In this document: piece after piece, positions 25,450-36,095 of the stretch | How the letters are laid out: each line of letters begins with the position of its first letter | Position numbering within the stretch: position 1 is the first letter of the stretch | Assembly (NCBI GenBank): GCA_047972845.1 | Contig: JBKEBB010000286.1 | Location: 1-39,398 of the forward strand | DNA length: 39,398 nucleotides | Origin: Bacteroidales bacterium | Lineage (GTDB): Bacteria > Bacteroidota > Bacteroidia > Bacteroidales > JBKEBB01 | Direction of reading: 5' to 3' | Program-made: the position numbers and the translations under genes | The notes under the pieces: generated by a model | What the model saw: only the letters and a program-made list of their open reading frames with translations | What the model was told of the DNA's origin: nothing | Database searches by the model: none

Positions 25450-25583
25450 GGAATGAAGTAGCAAACATAAAATCAGAAGATTAAAACTTTCAGTTATTTA
25501 ACGTCAGAAAAAGAGAACATCCAGACAATGGAACCATCATCTCCTTAATCGCTCAAAATAAAGAAGGTTTCGTAAAGGGCTGT

Positions 25584-25615
25584 TTTGCGTATGACCTTCT
25601 AAAATGCTATTTTTG
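25584..25615 (+). promoter_or_regulatory. Full Bacteroidota promoter (TTTG-N20-TAttTTTG) for trmB
   Basis: TTTG at 25584-25587 and TATTTTTG at 25608-25615, with a 20-nt spacer. The ATG at 25643 lies 27 nt downstream. Confidence 0.7.
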
Positions 25616-25642
25616 CACAAAACAAGAACCAAGTTACCATAT

Positions 25643-26431
25643 ATGGGTAAAAACAAATTGAAGAAATTTGCCGAAATGACAAATTTCCCCCACGTGTTCC
25701 AACCCTCATTTGAACAGTTGAAATCGGAAGGCTTCAACTTAAAAGGCCGATGGAACGAGCTGTTTTTTAAAAACAACCATCCAATAGTATTGGAATTGGG
25801 CTGTGGAAGAGGAGAATACGCTGTTGGATTGGCCAAACTGTTTCCTGAAAAGAATTTCATCGGAATCGACATCAAAGGGGCGCGGATGTGGGCAGGAGCC
25901 AAACAATCGGAAGAGGAGAAATTGTCGAATGTTGCCTTTCTGCGAACGGTGATCGAGCAGTTGGACTCCTTTTTCGCTTCGGAAGAGGTGTCGGAAATCT
26001 GGATTACATTCCCCGACCCTCAGATGAAGAAGGTGCGCAAACGACTTACCTCGACACGTTTTATCCAATTATATCAGCGAATCCTTCGTCCCGACGGACT
26101 TCTTCATCTCAAGAGTGACAGCCCTTTCATGTATGGATATACAAGAGCGATGGCTGAGGCTAACGGATTCGTAAAAGAGGTGGACACAGACAACCTATAC
26201 CAGTCGGGAATGGCAGACGAAATATTGAGTATTAAAACCGCTTATGAACGTCAGTGGCTCGAACGGGGAATGAACATCAGGTACTTGCGAATTGTTGTTA
26301 CACAAAAGTCGTCTCTTGTAGAACCCGATATCGAACTCGAACCCGACGAATATAGGAGTTTCGGTAGAAGCAGAAGAAGCCAACAGACTTCGTCAGATCT
26401 TCTCGAGAAAGAAGAGAGGGCTTATTCATAA
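25643..26431 (+). CDS. trmB: tRNA (guanine-N7)-methyltransferase
   Basis: LELGCGRGEY SAM-binding motif, FIGIDIKG and WITFPDPQ blocks. The start is placed at the ATG just downstream of the promoter. About 40 residues at the C-terminus form a low-complexity extension. Confidence 0.85.
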   Translation: MGKNKLKKFAEMTNFPHVFQPSFEQLKSEGFNLKGRWNELFFKNNHPIVLELGCGRGEYAVGLAKLFPEKNFIGIDIKGARMWAGAKQSEEEKLSNVAFLRTVIEQLDSFFASEEVSEIWITFPDPQMKKVRKRLTSTRFIQLYQRILRPDGLLHLKSDSPFMYGYTRAMAEANGFVKEVDTDNLYQSGMADEILSIKTAYERQWLERGMNIRYLRIVVTQKSSLVEPDIELEPDEYRSFGRSRRSQQTSSDLLEKEERAYS

Positions 26432-26518
26432 CCACTCTCTACGGAAACCAAACAAACCCCTGAACAACAATCTCCCTATTTGAAGGATTCTGCTGATCGG
26501 GATAAAATAAAGACCATT

Positions 26519-27625
26519 ATGGCACTATATCCACAGTTAATACTCGACGTGCTATCCAAAGTGCGTTACCCCGGCAACGGGAAAGACCTTGTAACCAACG
26601 GAATGGTAGAAGACGATATCCGTATTGAAGGAACACGGGTCTCCTTCTCTCTGATTTTCGAAAAGCCCAGTGATCCGTTCATTCGTTCGGTGGTGAAAGC
26701 CACAGAATCGGCACTGGAAACCTATATTGATGAACCGATCGACATCAAAGGAAACATCTCGGTGAAACATCGTCAGGCGGCTCGTCCAGAAGTGACGAAA
26801 CTTCTTCCGGAGGTGAAAAATATAATTGCAGTCTCTTCAGGTAAAGGCGGAGTAGGCAAATCGACCGTATCGGCCAATCTGGCTGTTTCGTTGGCTGCCA
26901 AAGGGTATAAGGTGGGACTTCTCGATGCCGACATATTCGGCCCGTCAATGCCTAAGATGTTTGGACTCGAAGAGGCTCGTCCGGTGTTGGAACACATCAA
27001 TGGGCGCGACCTTATAGTGCCGGAAGAGAAATATGGGGTAAAGCTGCTCTCAATAGGATTCTTTGTAAATAAAGAAGAGGCGGTACTCTGGAGAGGAGGA
27101 ATGGCAAGCAACGCCCTGAAACAGCTAATTGGCGATTCGCATTGGGGAGAGCTTGATTATCTGTTGCTCGATCTTCCTCCCGGAACCAGCGATATCCATC
27201 TTACCTTGGTTCAAACACTGGCCATCACAGGAGCAATCGTAATAAGCACGCCTCAAGAAGTGGCACTTGCCGATGCCCGTAAAGGAATCAGCATGTTTAT
27301 GGGAGACAAAGTGAATGTTCCGGTATTGGGATTGGTTGAAAACATGGCTTGGTTCACTCCGGCCGAACTTCCCGAAAACAAATACTATATTTTTGGGAAA
27401 GAGGGTTGTAAACGATTGGCCGAAGAGTTGAAAGTGCCTCTATTGGGACAAATTCCCATCGTACAATCGATATGCGAAGGTGGCGATGCCGGAAAACCAG
27501 TCGCGTTGAATGCAGAAACGATCACCGGAACAGCGTTTAGGTTATTGGCCGACAGAGTGGCCGAAGAGGTGGATAAACGGAACGAAATACTGCCTCCTAC
27601 CGAACGAGTACAAATGAAGAACTAA
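26519..27625 (+). CDS. apbC: Mrp/NBP35 (ApbC) family iron-sulfur cluster carrier ATPase
   Basis: N-terminal DUF59-like segment (VRYPGNGKDLVTNGMV). Deviant Walker A SGKGGVGKST. DLPPGTSD motif. The ORF-track start at 26480 is a TTG. Confidence 0.85.
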   Translation: MALYPQLILDVLSKVRYPGNGKDLVTNGMVEDDIRIEGTRVSFSLIFEKPSDPFIRSVVKATESALETYIDEPIDIKGNISVKHRQAARPEVTKLLPEVKNIIAVSSGKGGVGKSTVSANLAVSLAAKGYKVGLLDADIFGPSMPKMFGLEEARPVLEHINGRDLIVPEEKYGVKLLSIGFFVNKEEAVLWRGGMASNALKQLIGDSHWGELDYLLLDLPPGTSDIHLTLVQTLAITGAIVISTPQEVALADARKGISMFMGDKVNVPVLGLVENMAWFTPAELPENKYYIFGKEGCKRLAEELKVPLLGQIPIVQSICEGGDAGKPVALNAETITGTAFRLLADRVAEEVDKRNEILPPTERVQMKN

Positions 27626-27755
27626 GAGAGATATATACTCCCTGAATATTGAGGCTTACGCGTACGGAAAATAGCTATTTATAGATCGATCCAAAGGCGT
27701 AAGCCTCGCTATTGATAATAGAATCATTCACCACACATAAAAAATAAGATCACAC

Positions 27756-28586
27756 ATGTTTTCACTGAATCTAAACGGGAAACTGGTATCGCTTGAGACA
27801 CCACTGATCATGGGAATATTGAATTCCACACCCGATTCCTTTTATCAAGAGAGCCGTACATCGACTGATGCAACTATCTCAGCAAGAGTAAAAAAGATGG
27901 TTTCAGAAGGAGTGGACATAATAGATGTCGGGGGGTATTCGAGCCGTCCGGACGCGGTGGAGATCTCAACAGAAGAAGAGAAAGCAAGATTGGAGAAGGC
28001 GCTCGGAGTGATTGAACGTGAAGCTCCCGGAGTCCCTGTGTCTGTTGACACGTTTAGATCTGAAATAGCCCGATGGGCCGTGGAGGAACACGGAGTGGCG
28101 ATGATTAATGATATCTCAGGCGGAACGCTTGATGAGAAGATGTTTGATACAATTGCGGAGCTGCAAGTTGCATATGTGGTAATGCATATGAGAGGGACTC
28201 CCAAAACCATGCAACAACTCACCCACTACGAACATCTCACTGAAGAGATTATTGAGTGGTTTTCTCATCGCTTGGAACAATTACACAAAAAAGGGGTGAA
28301 CGACGTACTCATCGATCCGGGTTTCGGCTTTGCCAAAACGATTGAACAAAACTACGAATTGATGAATCGCCTGGAAGATTTTCATCCATTGAATTGCCCT
28401 CTTCTGATAGGAATATCGCGAAAATCGATGATTTACAAATCACTTGGCATTAATCCGGAAGAGGCGCTTAATGGAACTACAATGCTGAATACGATAGCAC
28501 TGATGAAAGGGGCGAATATATTGAGAGTGCACGATGTACGTGAAGCGGTTGAATGTGTCGCCTTATATAAACAGTTACGGCAATAA
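27756..28586 (+). CDS. folP: Dihydropteroate synthase
   Basis: IMGILNSTPDSF, DVGGYSSRP, MINDISGG and DPGFGFAKT motifs. Confidence 0.9.
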   Translation: MFSLNLNGKLVSLETPLIMGILNSTPDSFYQESRTSTDATISARVKKMVSEGVDIIDVGGYSSRPDAVEISTEEEKARLEKALGVIEREAPGVPVSVDTFRSEIARWAVEEHGVAMINDISGGTLDEKMFDTIAELQVAYVVMHMRGTPKTMQQLTHYEHLTEEIIEWFSHRLEQLHKKGVNDVLIDPGFGFAKTIEQNYELMNRLEDFHPLNCPLLIGISRKSMIYKSLGINPEEALNGTTMLNTIALMKGANILRVHDVREAVECVALYKQLRQ

Positions 28587-28643
28587 AACAAGAAGAGTAA
28601 CCCTCTACGTTTTACCACCGCACACTTTAAATCGAGACAAAGA

Positions 28644-28916
28644 TCACTTCACAGCCTCTGCCAATTCGGCTCCAGCTTTAAATTTAGCAGTTTTCTTAGC
28701 AGGAATAGTAATCACCTGTTTTGTTGCAGGATTGATTCCTTGACGCTCACCTTTCTCAACTACAGAGAAAGTACCAAAACCTACCAATGCAATCTTATCA
28801 CCAGCAGCTAATGCCTCAGTAACACTTGCAACCAAAGCTTCAAGAGCCTTTTTAGAGTCAGCCTTTGTAAGACCTGACTTTTCTGCCATCGCAGCAATTA
28901 ATTCAGACTTGTTCAT
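28644..28916 (-). CDS. hup: HU family DNA-binding protein
   Basis: 90 aa. MNKSELIAAMAEKSGLTKADSKKALEA...GFGTFSVVEKGERQGINPATK is a canonical HU sequence. Confidence 0.95.
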   Translation of the reverse strand: MNKSELIAAMAEKSGLTKADSKKALEALVASVTEALAAGDKIALVGFGTFSVVEKGERQGINPATKQVITIPAKKTAKFKAGAELAEAVK

Positions 28917-28965
28917 GTTGTTAAATATTAAGGGAATGATTTAGGGGAATTGTTTCTAATGCTTG

Positions 28966-28996
28966 CAAATATATGGTTTATCTTTTTATAATCAAA
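28966..28996 (-). promoter_or_regulatory. Full Bacteroidota promoter (TTTG-N19-TAtaTTTG, minus strand) for the HU gene
   Basis: Plus-strand CAAATATA (28966-28973) and CAAA (28993-28996) are the reverse complements of TATATTTG and TTTG, with a 19-nt spacer. The ATG lies about 50 nt downstream. Confidence 0.7.
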
Positions 28997-29132
28997 CAAT
29001 AATCTCACTGATTTTATTATACAAAAAACCATATTAATATGTAGAAATGTGTTTTATAGGGTGGTTTTTACTCCATGATATGGGGTAAACTAGTAGAAAA
29101 ATGTCAAGAAAATTGCAAAAAAAGTGCAAGGA

Positions 29133-29897
29133 TTAGATGGTCGCACTTACATTAAATCCCTTTTCAACGGCAATTTGCGCAATTATACGGAGTTCTTCGC
29201 TAGAAACTTTTATCAATTCTTTCTCCGGAGTTGGTCTATCAAGTGAATAAATCATCACTTGTTTTGGATTAATCTTATTTAACGCATAAATCCAGCTATC
29301 TATTTCCTCTTTTGTGGTATTATCAACCGTTTCTCCCCTTACAACCCCCCTTAGGAACATTGTCTGTATAATAAGTTTACCGTTAAAGCGAATCAGCTGT
29401 TCGATCACCTCGTTAACACTTAAGCCTAAATTTGGGGCATTCATTAGACGGAAGGTTCGGTCGATTGCCGAGTCTAGTTTTAAGATATTGTTATCTACCT
29501 TCAATAGAGCATTGAAAACGGATTCGTCCGCGATGCGGGTGGAATTGGATAGAACAGACACTTTGGCCATTGGATAGTAACGATCCCTCAATGCGATCGA
29601 ATCATCAATGATCTCGCCAAACTGAGGATGAACGGTAGGTTCTCCGTTCCCTGCAAAGGTAATTACATCGAGCGGACTATTCTCTTCGCGCATTTGTTTC
29701 AATTTACTCTCCAGAAGCATTGCGACCTGTTCTCGGGTTGGAAGCTTTCCTCCTTTCCCTTGAGAATTGAACCCGCACTCGCAGTAAATACAGTCGAACG
29801 TACACACTTTGCCATCCGAGGGAAGAAGATTTACTCCCAGGGATGTTCCCAAACGGCGACTCTTAATCGGACCGAATATTGTCTCGTTAAAAAGCAT
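29133..29897 (-). CDS. Radical SAM protein of unknown specificity
   Basis: FGPIKSRRLGTSLGVNL followed by CTFDCIYC (a CX4CX2C cysteine cluster). 254 aa. Confidence 0.75.
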   Translation of the reverse strand: MLFNETIFGPIKSRRLGTSLGVNLLPSDGKVCTFDCIYCECGFNSQGKGGKLPTREQVAMLLESKLKQMREENSPLDVITFAGNGEPTVHPQFGEIIDDSIALRDRYYPMAKVSVLSNSTRIADESVFNALLKVDNNILKLDSAIDRTFRLMNAPNLGLSVNEVIEQLIRFNGKLIIQTMFLRGVVRGETVDNTTKEEIDSWIYALNKINPKQVMIYSLDRPTPEKELIKVSSEELRIIAQIAVEKGFNVSATI

Positions 29898-29959
29898 AGT
29901 TTATTGATTTTTATTGTGTTGAAACAGACTAATTATATAATCCAACCCATCTCAACTAC

Positions 29960-32275
29960 TTAATTCACAATTAATATCTTTGTGGCGGCTCTTTGAGCTC
30001 CTCCGTCTGTGGAGCAGAAAACCATATACACTCCGGTTCGAACTCGCCGTCCGTTATCATCAAACCCTTTCCATATAACCTGTCCACCTTCCGAACGTCC
30101 GCTCCAAACCAATTGACCTCCACTATTGACAATCTTCACCTCGGTGTTATCTACCAACCCTCCTATCGTTATCCAACCGGAATAGTCAGGACGAACAGGA
30201 TTGGGGTATGCGAATACTTCGGTTAACTCTTCTGCCGGTTCACTAGCATCACCACGGAAGGATACCAATCCCAAATCTGTAGAGACAAAGATTTCGCCGC
30301 TGCGGGGATGAATGGAGATCGAAAGAATATGATTCCCGGGAAGTGGGGAGTTTTCCGAATGGATATGTTCGATGATCTGATTTCCGTCTTCGCTTACCAA
30401 GAAGAGTCCGTTTGCCGAAGTGCCCAGCCACTTTCGGTTTGCCCCATCCACTGCAATAGTAGTAATATTTTCCTCTTCCAACAAATAATCGGCATAGTTT
30501 GATCCATCATTACGTGGGACAAGAATCCGCTTGCAATAAAAGTTCCCTTCAAACGCCCGTTCGGGTGAGTCGAACACAACCGGCCCTTTTCCTGTCCCCA
30601 CCCATACCGATCCTCGATGGTCCTCTACCATGCAATTGAACATCGATGAGGGAATGGAGTTTCCGTCCTGATCGGTCAACGTTCCAAAAAACAGACTTTG
30701 ATCGTCCGCTTCGTTTTCAATGGCCCCACCATCATCAAAGATAGCCAATCCCGGTTTGTTTCGTCCGGAGATGATCCATTTATATTCGTTAGAGGCCTTA
30801 CGAAGGATCAACAGTTTATTCAATGACTGTACTCCGGTTAAAGAAGACAGCGGAAATGACTTCCAGTTTTTGTCATGCTTCAACACATTCAACGGACGCT
30901 CAACTCCGGTATTCAACATCCATAGATTTCCCGATTTGTCATAACTCAGCCCATCAACCCACGTAAAACATCCGTTGTTATCACACACATTGCGCAACGA
31001 ACTGTTTTGATCTGTATATCGCTTCACAAAAGTATCTCCAACAAACTCAACAAGTCCATGATACCATGTTGAGACAAAAAAGTGAGACGGATCGGCCGGA
31101 TCAGTCGCTATGCTGAGCATATCAATAAATTCAAATCCCAACGACTCTTTTACCATTTTATTCGAAATATTATCCCATCTCCCATCATACCGCATGATTT
31201 GTGCACGCTGTCCCCACGACGTGTAATAGGGTCCCGATGTAGTAAACACCATTCGTTCTCCGTCAAACAGGCCGTTGTAAATGGCATTTGTAAGCGGACT
31301 CTCCGGACGAACCTTTTGCGCCAATATACGAGCCACTTTGTTTTCACCGTTCAGTTGATATCCAAACAGCCCTTCATCGGGAACAATTGTCCAGATCTCC
31401 TTTCCCGAAGCGGACACCGACACATCATTCATCCACGAAACCTCTATTTTAATAGGAGAAGAACCGGTAGATGAATAAACCCACACTCCGTCATCGGTGA
31501 CTACCACAAAACGATCCGAGTAGCTCTTCAAACTCTTCACATTTTTGTATCGAGCGAAAAGAGTCCATTCGTCCTTATCCGCATTCCATTTATACAACCC
31601 CTCTCCGGCAAGCTCTGCTACGATCTCTCCCTTAAAACCGATTGCTTTGTTGAAAACCATCGAACTGCGTTGTCGCCAATTGTTTCGATCTAAAAGATTC
31701 TTTGTCATCTCACCACTCCACACTCCGTGAGCGGTGAATGCGTAAATAGTATTGTTCGCAGCGAGACTGCTCACAATTGGGAGATTCAGATCGTAAGTAT
31801 CAACCACCTCGTATTTGTTTAGGTTGACAACAATCACTCCACAATCCGCCGACAGATAGAGGTAATCCCCTGTAAAGGAGATGTCATTTATCTTTTTACT
31901 TCCCGCTATATTTTTCAAATAAACATCAGGTAGGTTTCGTGTTCCCTTATCAGTGATCAGATCGATGTTGCTATTTGCATATACCACCACCAACACTCTC
32001 TTTTTATCATTGTAGCGAATATGGTCAATCGCTTGATCTGACAAATGCGACAGTACCGAATATTTCTCCACCGACTCATTGGTCGGATCATATGAGAAAA
32101 GCGAATGATCGGCCAGAACAAACACCTTCTTATCAGCCATCTCCACTTGTTTGAAATGGCTGTAAGCATAATGGGTTGTCCAACTATCCGTTGCTATTTG
32201 CGACACCAATGGAGCCATTGCCCACCACATCACAAATACAATCATCCAATTCTTACTCATTCTACTACCATGCAT
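29960..32275 (-). CDS. Beta-propeller-rich secreted protein with a T9SS C-terminal sorting domain; PorZ-like
   Basis: 771 aa with a signal peptide. Repetitive propeller-like blades of the 'two-component regulator propeller' type. The C-terminal about 80 aa (PNPVRPDYSG...GVYMVFC...KILIVN) resemble a type A T9SS CTD. Size and architecture match what I recall of PorZ. The start could instead be Met at 32260. Confidence 0.55.
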   Translation of the reverse strand: MHGSRMSKNWMIVFVMWWAMAPLVSQIATDSWTTHYAYSHFKQVEMADKKVFVLADHSLFSYDPTNESVEKYSVLSHLSDQAIDHIRYNDKKRVLVVVYANSNIDLITDKGTRNLPDVYLKNIAGSKKINDISFTGDYLYLSADCGVIVVNLNKYEVVDTYDLNLPIVSSLAANNTIYAFTAHGVWSGEMTKNLLDRNNWRQRSSMVFNKAIGFKGEIVAELAGEGLYKWNADKDEWTLFARYKNVKSLKSYSDRFVVVTDDGVWVYSSTGSSPIKIEVSWMNDVSVSASGKEIWTIVPDEGLFGYQLNGENKVARILAQKVRPESPLTNAIYNGLFDGERMVFTTSGPYYTSWGQRAQIMRYDGRWDNISNKMVKESLGFEFIDMLSIATDPADPSHFFVSTWYHGLVEFVGDTFVKRYTDQNSSLRNVCDNNGCFTWVDGLSYDKSGNLWMLNTGVERPLNVLKHDKNWKSFPLSSLTGVQSLNKLLILRKASNEYKWIISGRNKPGLAIFDDGGAIENEADDQSLFFGTLTDQDGNSIPSSMFNCMVEDHRGSVWVGTGKGPVVFDSPERAFEGNFYCKRILVPRNDGSNYADYLLEEENITTIAVDGANRKWLGTSANGLFLVSEDGNQIIEHIHSENSPLPGNHILSISIHPRSGEIFVSTDLGLVSFRGDASEPAEELTEVFAYPNPVRPDYSGWITIGGLVDNTEVKIVNSGGQLVWSGRSEGGQVIWKGFDDNGRRVRTGVYMVFCSTDGGAQRAATKILIVN

Positions 32276-32367
32276 TTATTTCATTGTATCGGTATAACAG
32301 TCTAAAGCTGCGACTACGTTCAATCTCTCTCTATTGAAGACGACATTAGGATACGCGATTAACTCCC

Positions 32368-32949
32368 TCAATCTTTATTCTCCAACCACTCCACCAATTT
32401 CTGAACAGCTCTTCCTCGGTGGCTGATGGCATTCTTCGTTTCAGCAGACAACTCCGCGAAGGTATTGTCAAAACCTTCGGGCACAAAGATCGGATCATAT
32501 CCAAAACCTCTCGTTCCTCTCAATGTATCAACAATAGTGCCACACACTTCGCCTTCATGAAGCCTCTCTCCTTTGTCATCCACCCAAGCGATCACCGTTC
32601 TGAAACGGGCTTTTCTATTCTCCACTCCCTCCAGTTCGGAGAGCAACCTCTTCATGTTGGACATCGACGATTTCTCTTCTCCCGCATATCGTGCCGAATA
32701 GACACCCGGTGCTCCATTCAATGCCTCCACCTCCAATCCGGTATCATCCGCAAAGCAGTCATACCCATATCGCTCCTTCACATAGCGCGCTTTGATCAAG
32801 GCGTTGGCTTCAAGCGTTGTTCCGGTCTCTTCAATCTCCTCGTCACACCCTATCTCTTTTAACGACAAAATATCATATTTATTGGAGAGAATCGCACGCA
32901 CCTCTTCCAGTTTGTGGTCATTGTTGGTGGCAAATACTATTTGTTTCAT
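32368..32949 (-). CDS. rdgB: Non-canonical purine NTP pyrophosphatase (RdgB/HAM1)
   Basis: [37 protein letters not shown] and SHRG motifs. Confidence 0.9.
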   Translation of the reverse strand: MKQIVFATNNDHKLEEVRAILSNKYDILSLKEIGCDEEIEETGTTLEANALIKARYVKERYGYDCFADDTGLEVEALNGAPGVYSARYAGEEKSSMSNMKRLLSELEGVENRKARFRTVIAWVDDKGERLHEGEVCGTIVDTLRGTRGFGYDPIFVPEGFDNTFAELSAETKNAISHRGRAVQKLVEWLENKD

Positions 32950-32978
32950 ATCTTCTACTACTCATTATATATAGGCCA

Positions 32979-33009
32979 CAAAATTACGAGACTATTCCGG
33001 CTTGACAAA
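32979..33009 (-). promoter_or_regulatory. Full Bacteroidota promoter (TTTG-N19-TAatTTTG, minus strand) for rdgB
   Basis: Plus-strand CAAAATTA (32979-32986) and CAAA (33006-33009), with a 19-nt spacer. The ATG at 32949 lies 30 nt downstream. Confidence 0.7.
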
Positions 33010-33158
33010 AATAGTATCCATACATGGACTTAAGGATAACAATAAATGAGAGAATTAAGAGTAATTGCACACAATAGAGCCCTAATTCAACAAATCAAAC
33101 CGAATCTTTTGTGGTATTTCTCTTTTTTCTTTCCTTTGTACAACTAAAAAACTCCCCC

Positions 33159-34505
33159 ATGAACTATCTATTATACAATGCCACGCTGATAAACGATGGA
33201 AAACGTTTTGTCGGCTCTCTTCGGATCGAAAACGAACGCATATCCGCGATCTATCAATCAGACAATCTTCCGGAAGAGGCATATGCCAATACAGAGAAGA
33301 TTGACTGCACCGGAAAATGGATTCTTCCCGGATGTATCGACGATCAGGTGCATTTCCGCGAGCCCGGATTGACTCACAAAGGCGACCTACACTCCGAATC
33401 CGCCGCCGCGGTTGCCGGAGGAGTAACTTCGTTCATGGACATGCCCAATACCAATCCGCAAACCACCACCATTGAAGCACTCAATGCCAAATTTCAACGA
33501 GCCTCGGAAGTTGCGGTGGCTAATTACTCTTTCTTTCTCGGAGCCACAAACGACAACCTTGCCGAACTTCGTCGCCCTGAAGCTTCACGTGCCGTGGGGA
33601 TCAAGCTATTCATGGGTTCTTCCACCGGAAACATGCTTGTTGACAGGCCCGAATCGCTGGAGCGTATATTCAGCGAAACAAACCAGATCATCGCAACTCA
33701 CAATGAAAAGGAAGAGATTATCCGTGCCAACCGAGACCACTATGTTTCTCTTTACGGAGAAGATCTTAGCATTCAATATCACCCATTGATCCGAAACGAC
33801 GAAGCCTGCTATCGCTCATCGGCTCAGGCGGCCGAATTGGCTACCAAGCACAACACCCGTCTTCATATCCTTCATCTTTCTACCGCCCGCGAAATGGCAT
33901 TGTTTTCCGATCGTCCTCTGTCCGAAAAGCGAATCACCGCTGAAGTGTGTGTACACCACCTTTGGTTTACTGACAAGGATTATGCCAAATATGGGAATCG
34001 GATCAAATGGAATCCCGCTGTCAAAACCCTCAGCGACCGTGAAGCGCTACGAGAAGCTCTTAACAACGGTAAGATCGACATCGTCGCAACCGACCACGCT
34101 CCCCATCTCCCGAATGAAAAAGAGGGATCCTGCCTTAAAGCCGCGTCGGGAGGTCCTTTGGTACAACATTCATTGATTGCCATGCTCGAAATGGCAAAAC
34201 AAGGCATTTTCACCGTTGAAAAAGTAGTTGAAAAGATGGCTCATGCACCGGCCAGATTGTTCGGCATCAAAGAGCGCGGATATCTCTCCCCTGGCTATTA
34301 CGCCGATGTGGTGATAGTCGATCCATCCACTCCATACACCGTTACTTCTGAAAATATTCTGTACCGTTGCGGCTGGTCGCCCTTCGAAGGCGAAACATTC
34401 GCGCACTCCGTATGGAAAACCTTTGTAAACGGGCACCTCGCATACAACAACGGAGAAGTAGATCGATCCGTCAGAGGCAAAGAACTTGTTTGCTCAACCC
34501 ACTAA
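33159..34505 (+). CDS. pyrC: Dihydroorotase-type cyclic amidohydrolase
   Basis: [14 protein letters not shown] (metal-binding HxH region). ...ATDHAPH... Length about 448 aa. The ATG at 33159 is preferred over the ORF-track start at 33111. Confidence 0.75.
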   Translation: MNYLLYNATLINDGKRFVGSLRIENERISAIYQSDNLPEEAYANTEKIDCTGKWILPGCIDDQVHFREPGLTHKGDLHSESAAAVAGGVTSFMDMPNTNPQTTTIEALNAKFQRASEVAVANYSFFLGATNDNLAELRRPEASRAVGIKLFMGSSTGNMLVDRPESLERIFSETNQIIATHNEKEEIIRANRDHYVSLYGEDLSIQYHPLIRNDEACYRSSAQAAELATKHNTRLHILHLSTAREMALFSDRPLSEKRITAEVCVHHLWFTDKDYAKYGNRIKWNPAVKTLSDREALREALNNGKIDIVATDHAPHLPNEKEGSCLKAASGGPLVQHSLIAMLEMAKQGIFTVEKVVEKMAHAPARLFGIKERGYLSPGYYADVVIVDPSTPYTVTSENILYRCGWSPFEGETFAHSVWKTFVNGHLAYNNGEVDRSVRGKELVCSTH

Positions 34506-34582
34506 TCACCCCCATTCAAACAAACAGACTGAAGTGATTCAGCGAATTGACCGGAAAATCCTTAACAACCAAACAAAAACAC

Positions 34583-35947
34583 ATGGAATACATTCAAACC
34601 CTGGTTACGGAGATCAATAGCGTGTTATGGGGAGTGCCCATGATGATCCTTTTAATGGGAACTCATCTTTTCTTTACCATCCGCTTGCGGTTTCCGCAAC
34701 GAAAGATATTCCAAGCCATCAAACTGTCAATAACTAAAGACGAAGGAGCAAACGGCGATGTTTCACAATTTGGTGCACTCACTACCGCGTTGGCAGGCAC
34801 CATCGGCACGGGCAACATTGTGGGAGTAGCCACTGCGATAGCCTTGGGAGGACCCGGAGCTGTCCTCTGGTGTTGGTTGACCGGTGTACTCGGAATATCC
34901 ACCAAGTATGCCGAAGCGCTGTTGGCTGTTAAGTACCGAGTAAAAGGTGAAAACGGAAAGATGATCGGAGGGCCGATGTACGCTCTCGAGCGAGGATTAA
35001 ATATGAAATGGCTCGCCGTCCTGTTCTGTATATTCGGCACCTTTTCATTCATCGTTATGGGAAACATGGTTCAGACCAACTCTATATGCGCGCTCGCGCA
35101 AAACGAATATGGCATTCCAAACTACATAACCGGATTAGTTTTGGCTGTAGTTGTCTCGTTGGTAGTCCTTTTCGGAATCAAGGGAATAGCGCGTGTAAGT
35201 TCTTTTTTAGTTCCGTTTATGGCTCTTCTATACATCATTGGATGTATTATTATTTTGATAATTAATGCCGAATATCTTCCTCAATCCCTGATGTTGATTG
35301 TAAAGAGCGCATTTACTCCTCAAGCGGCCGGAGGTGGATTTCTGGGAAGTACCATACTGATTGCCTCCCGTTATGGAATAGCACGTGGATTATTCTCCAA
35401 CGAATCCGGTTTAGGAACCGCTCCTATTGTTGCCGCGGCGGCCAAAACAAGAAACCCGGTCAGACAAGCGCTGGTTTCAAGTACCGGTACATTTTGGGAT
35501 ACCGTGGTAATATGCGCCCTTACGGGATTGGTAATTGTCAGCAGTGTACTTGCCTATCCGGAAATTGACCACACAAACGGAGCAACTCTCACTCAAACAT
35601 CATTTGGGAAGATTCCATATGTTGGCCCTTTTATCCTAACCTCCGGTCTGTTCTTTTTCTCCTTCTCCACCATTCTCGGATACGCATATCTCTCAGAGAA
35701 AACGTTGCAATATCTATTTGGTCACAAGATTATTCCATCATTCAGAATATTCTGGGTAATCGCTGTTTTTTGTGGAAGTCTGATAAGCCTGAATCTGGTG
35801 TGGGATCTGGCAGATATGTTTAATGCATTAATGGCAATACCAAATATAATCTCGTTAATATTACTTTCGGGAGTTATAATCAGTGAGACAAAAAAATATC
35901 TATGGGAGAACCGATTAGATGAGACAATGGAGGATAATATGGAGTAA
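34583..35947 (+). CDS. Alanine/glycine:cation symporter (AGCS) family protein
   Basis: FGALTTALAGTIGTGNIVGVATAIALGGPGA and RGLFSNESGLGTAP are AGCS hallmarks. The ORF-track start at 34547 is a TTG. Confidence 0.85.
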   Translation: MEYIQTLVTEINSVLWGVPMMILLMGTHLFFTIRLRFPQRKIFQAIKLSITKDEGANGDVSQFGALTTALAGTIGTGNIVGVATAIALGGPGAVLWCWLTGVLGISTKYAEALLAVKYRVKGENGKMIGGPMYALERGLNMKWLAVLFCIFGTFSFIVMGNMVQTNSICALAQNEYGIPNYITGLVLAVVVSLVVLFGIKGIARVSSFLVPFMALLYIIGCIIILIINAEYLPQSLMLIVKSAFTPQAAGGGFLGSTILIASRYGIARGLFSNESGLGTAPIVAAAAKTRNPVRQALVSSTGTFWDTVVICALTGLVIVSSVLAYPEIDHTNGATLTQTSFGKIPYVGPFILTSGLFFFSFSTILGYAYLSEKTLQYLFGHKIIPSFRIFWVIAVFCGSLISLNLVWDLADMFNALMAIPNIISLILLSGVIISETKKYLWENRLDETMEDNME

Positions 35948-36082
35948 AACTAATCCTATATTCACTCTTAATTGCTTTAACAAATCGCTGTTTTTCTGTC
36001 GAAAAAGAAGCTTATAGTAATAAATAAAGTTAATCCAATACGTTTTATTTGCGATTATATGCCGTAGAACAGAAAAGCGTTG

Positions 36083-36090
36083 TATATTTG
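36083..36090 (+). promoter_or_regulatory. Orphan -7 promoter box TAtaTTTG
   Basis: Exact TAnnTTTG match inside a 462-bp gene-free gap, 44 nt upstream of a strong terminator hairpin. No well-spaced -33 TTTG. Confidence 0.4.
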
Positions 36091-36095
36091 CACTG

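Noticed and set aside
25062-25484. 140-aa plus-strand ORF opposite arsR.
   Set aside because: It is antisense to a clear ArsR/SmtB winged-HTH gene that has its own -7 box.
34506-34582. Possible glycine riboswitch upstream of the alanine/glycine:cation symporter gene.
   Set aside because: The gap is only about 77 nt. It lacks the GGAGAG...CACCG...ACCGAAGGGGCAA-type conserved elements.
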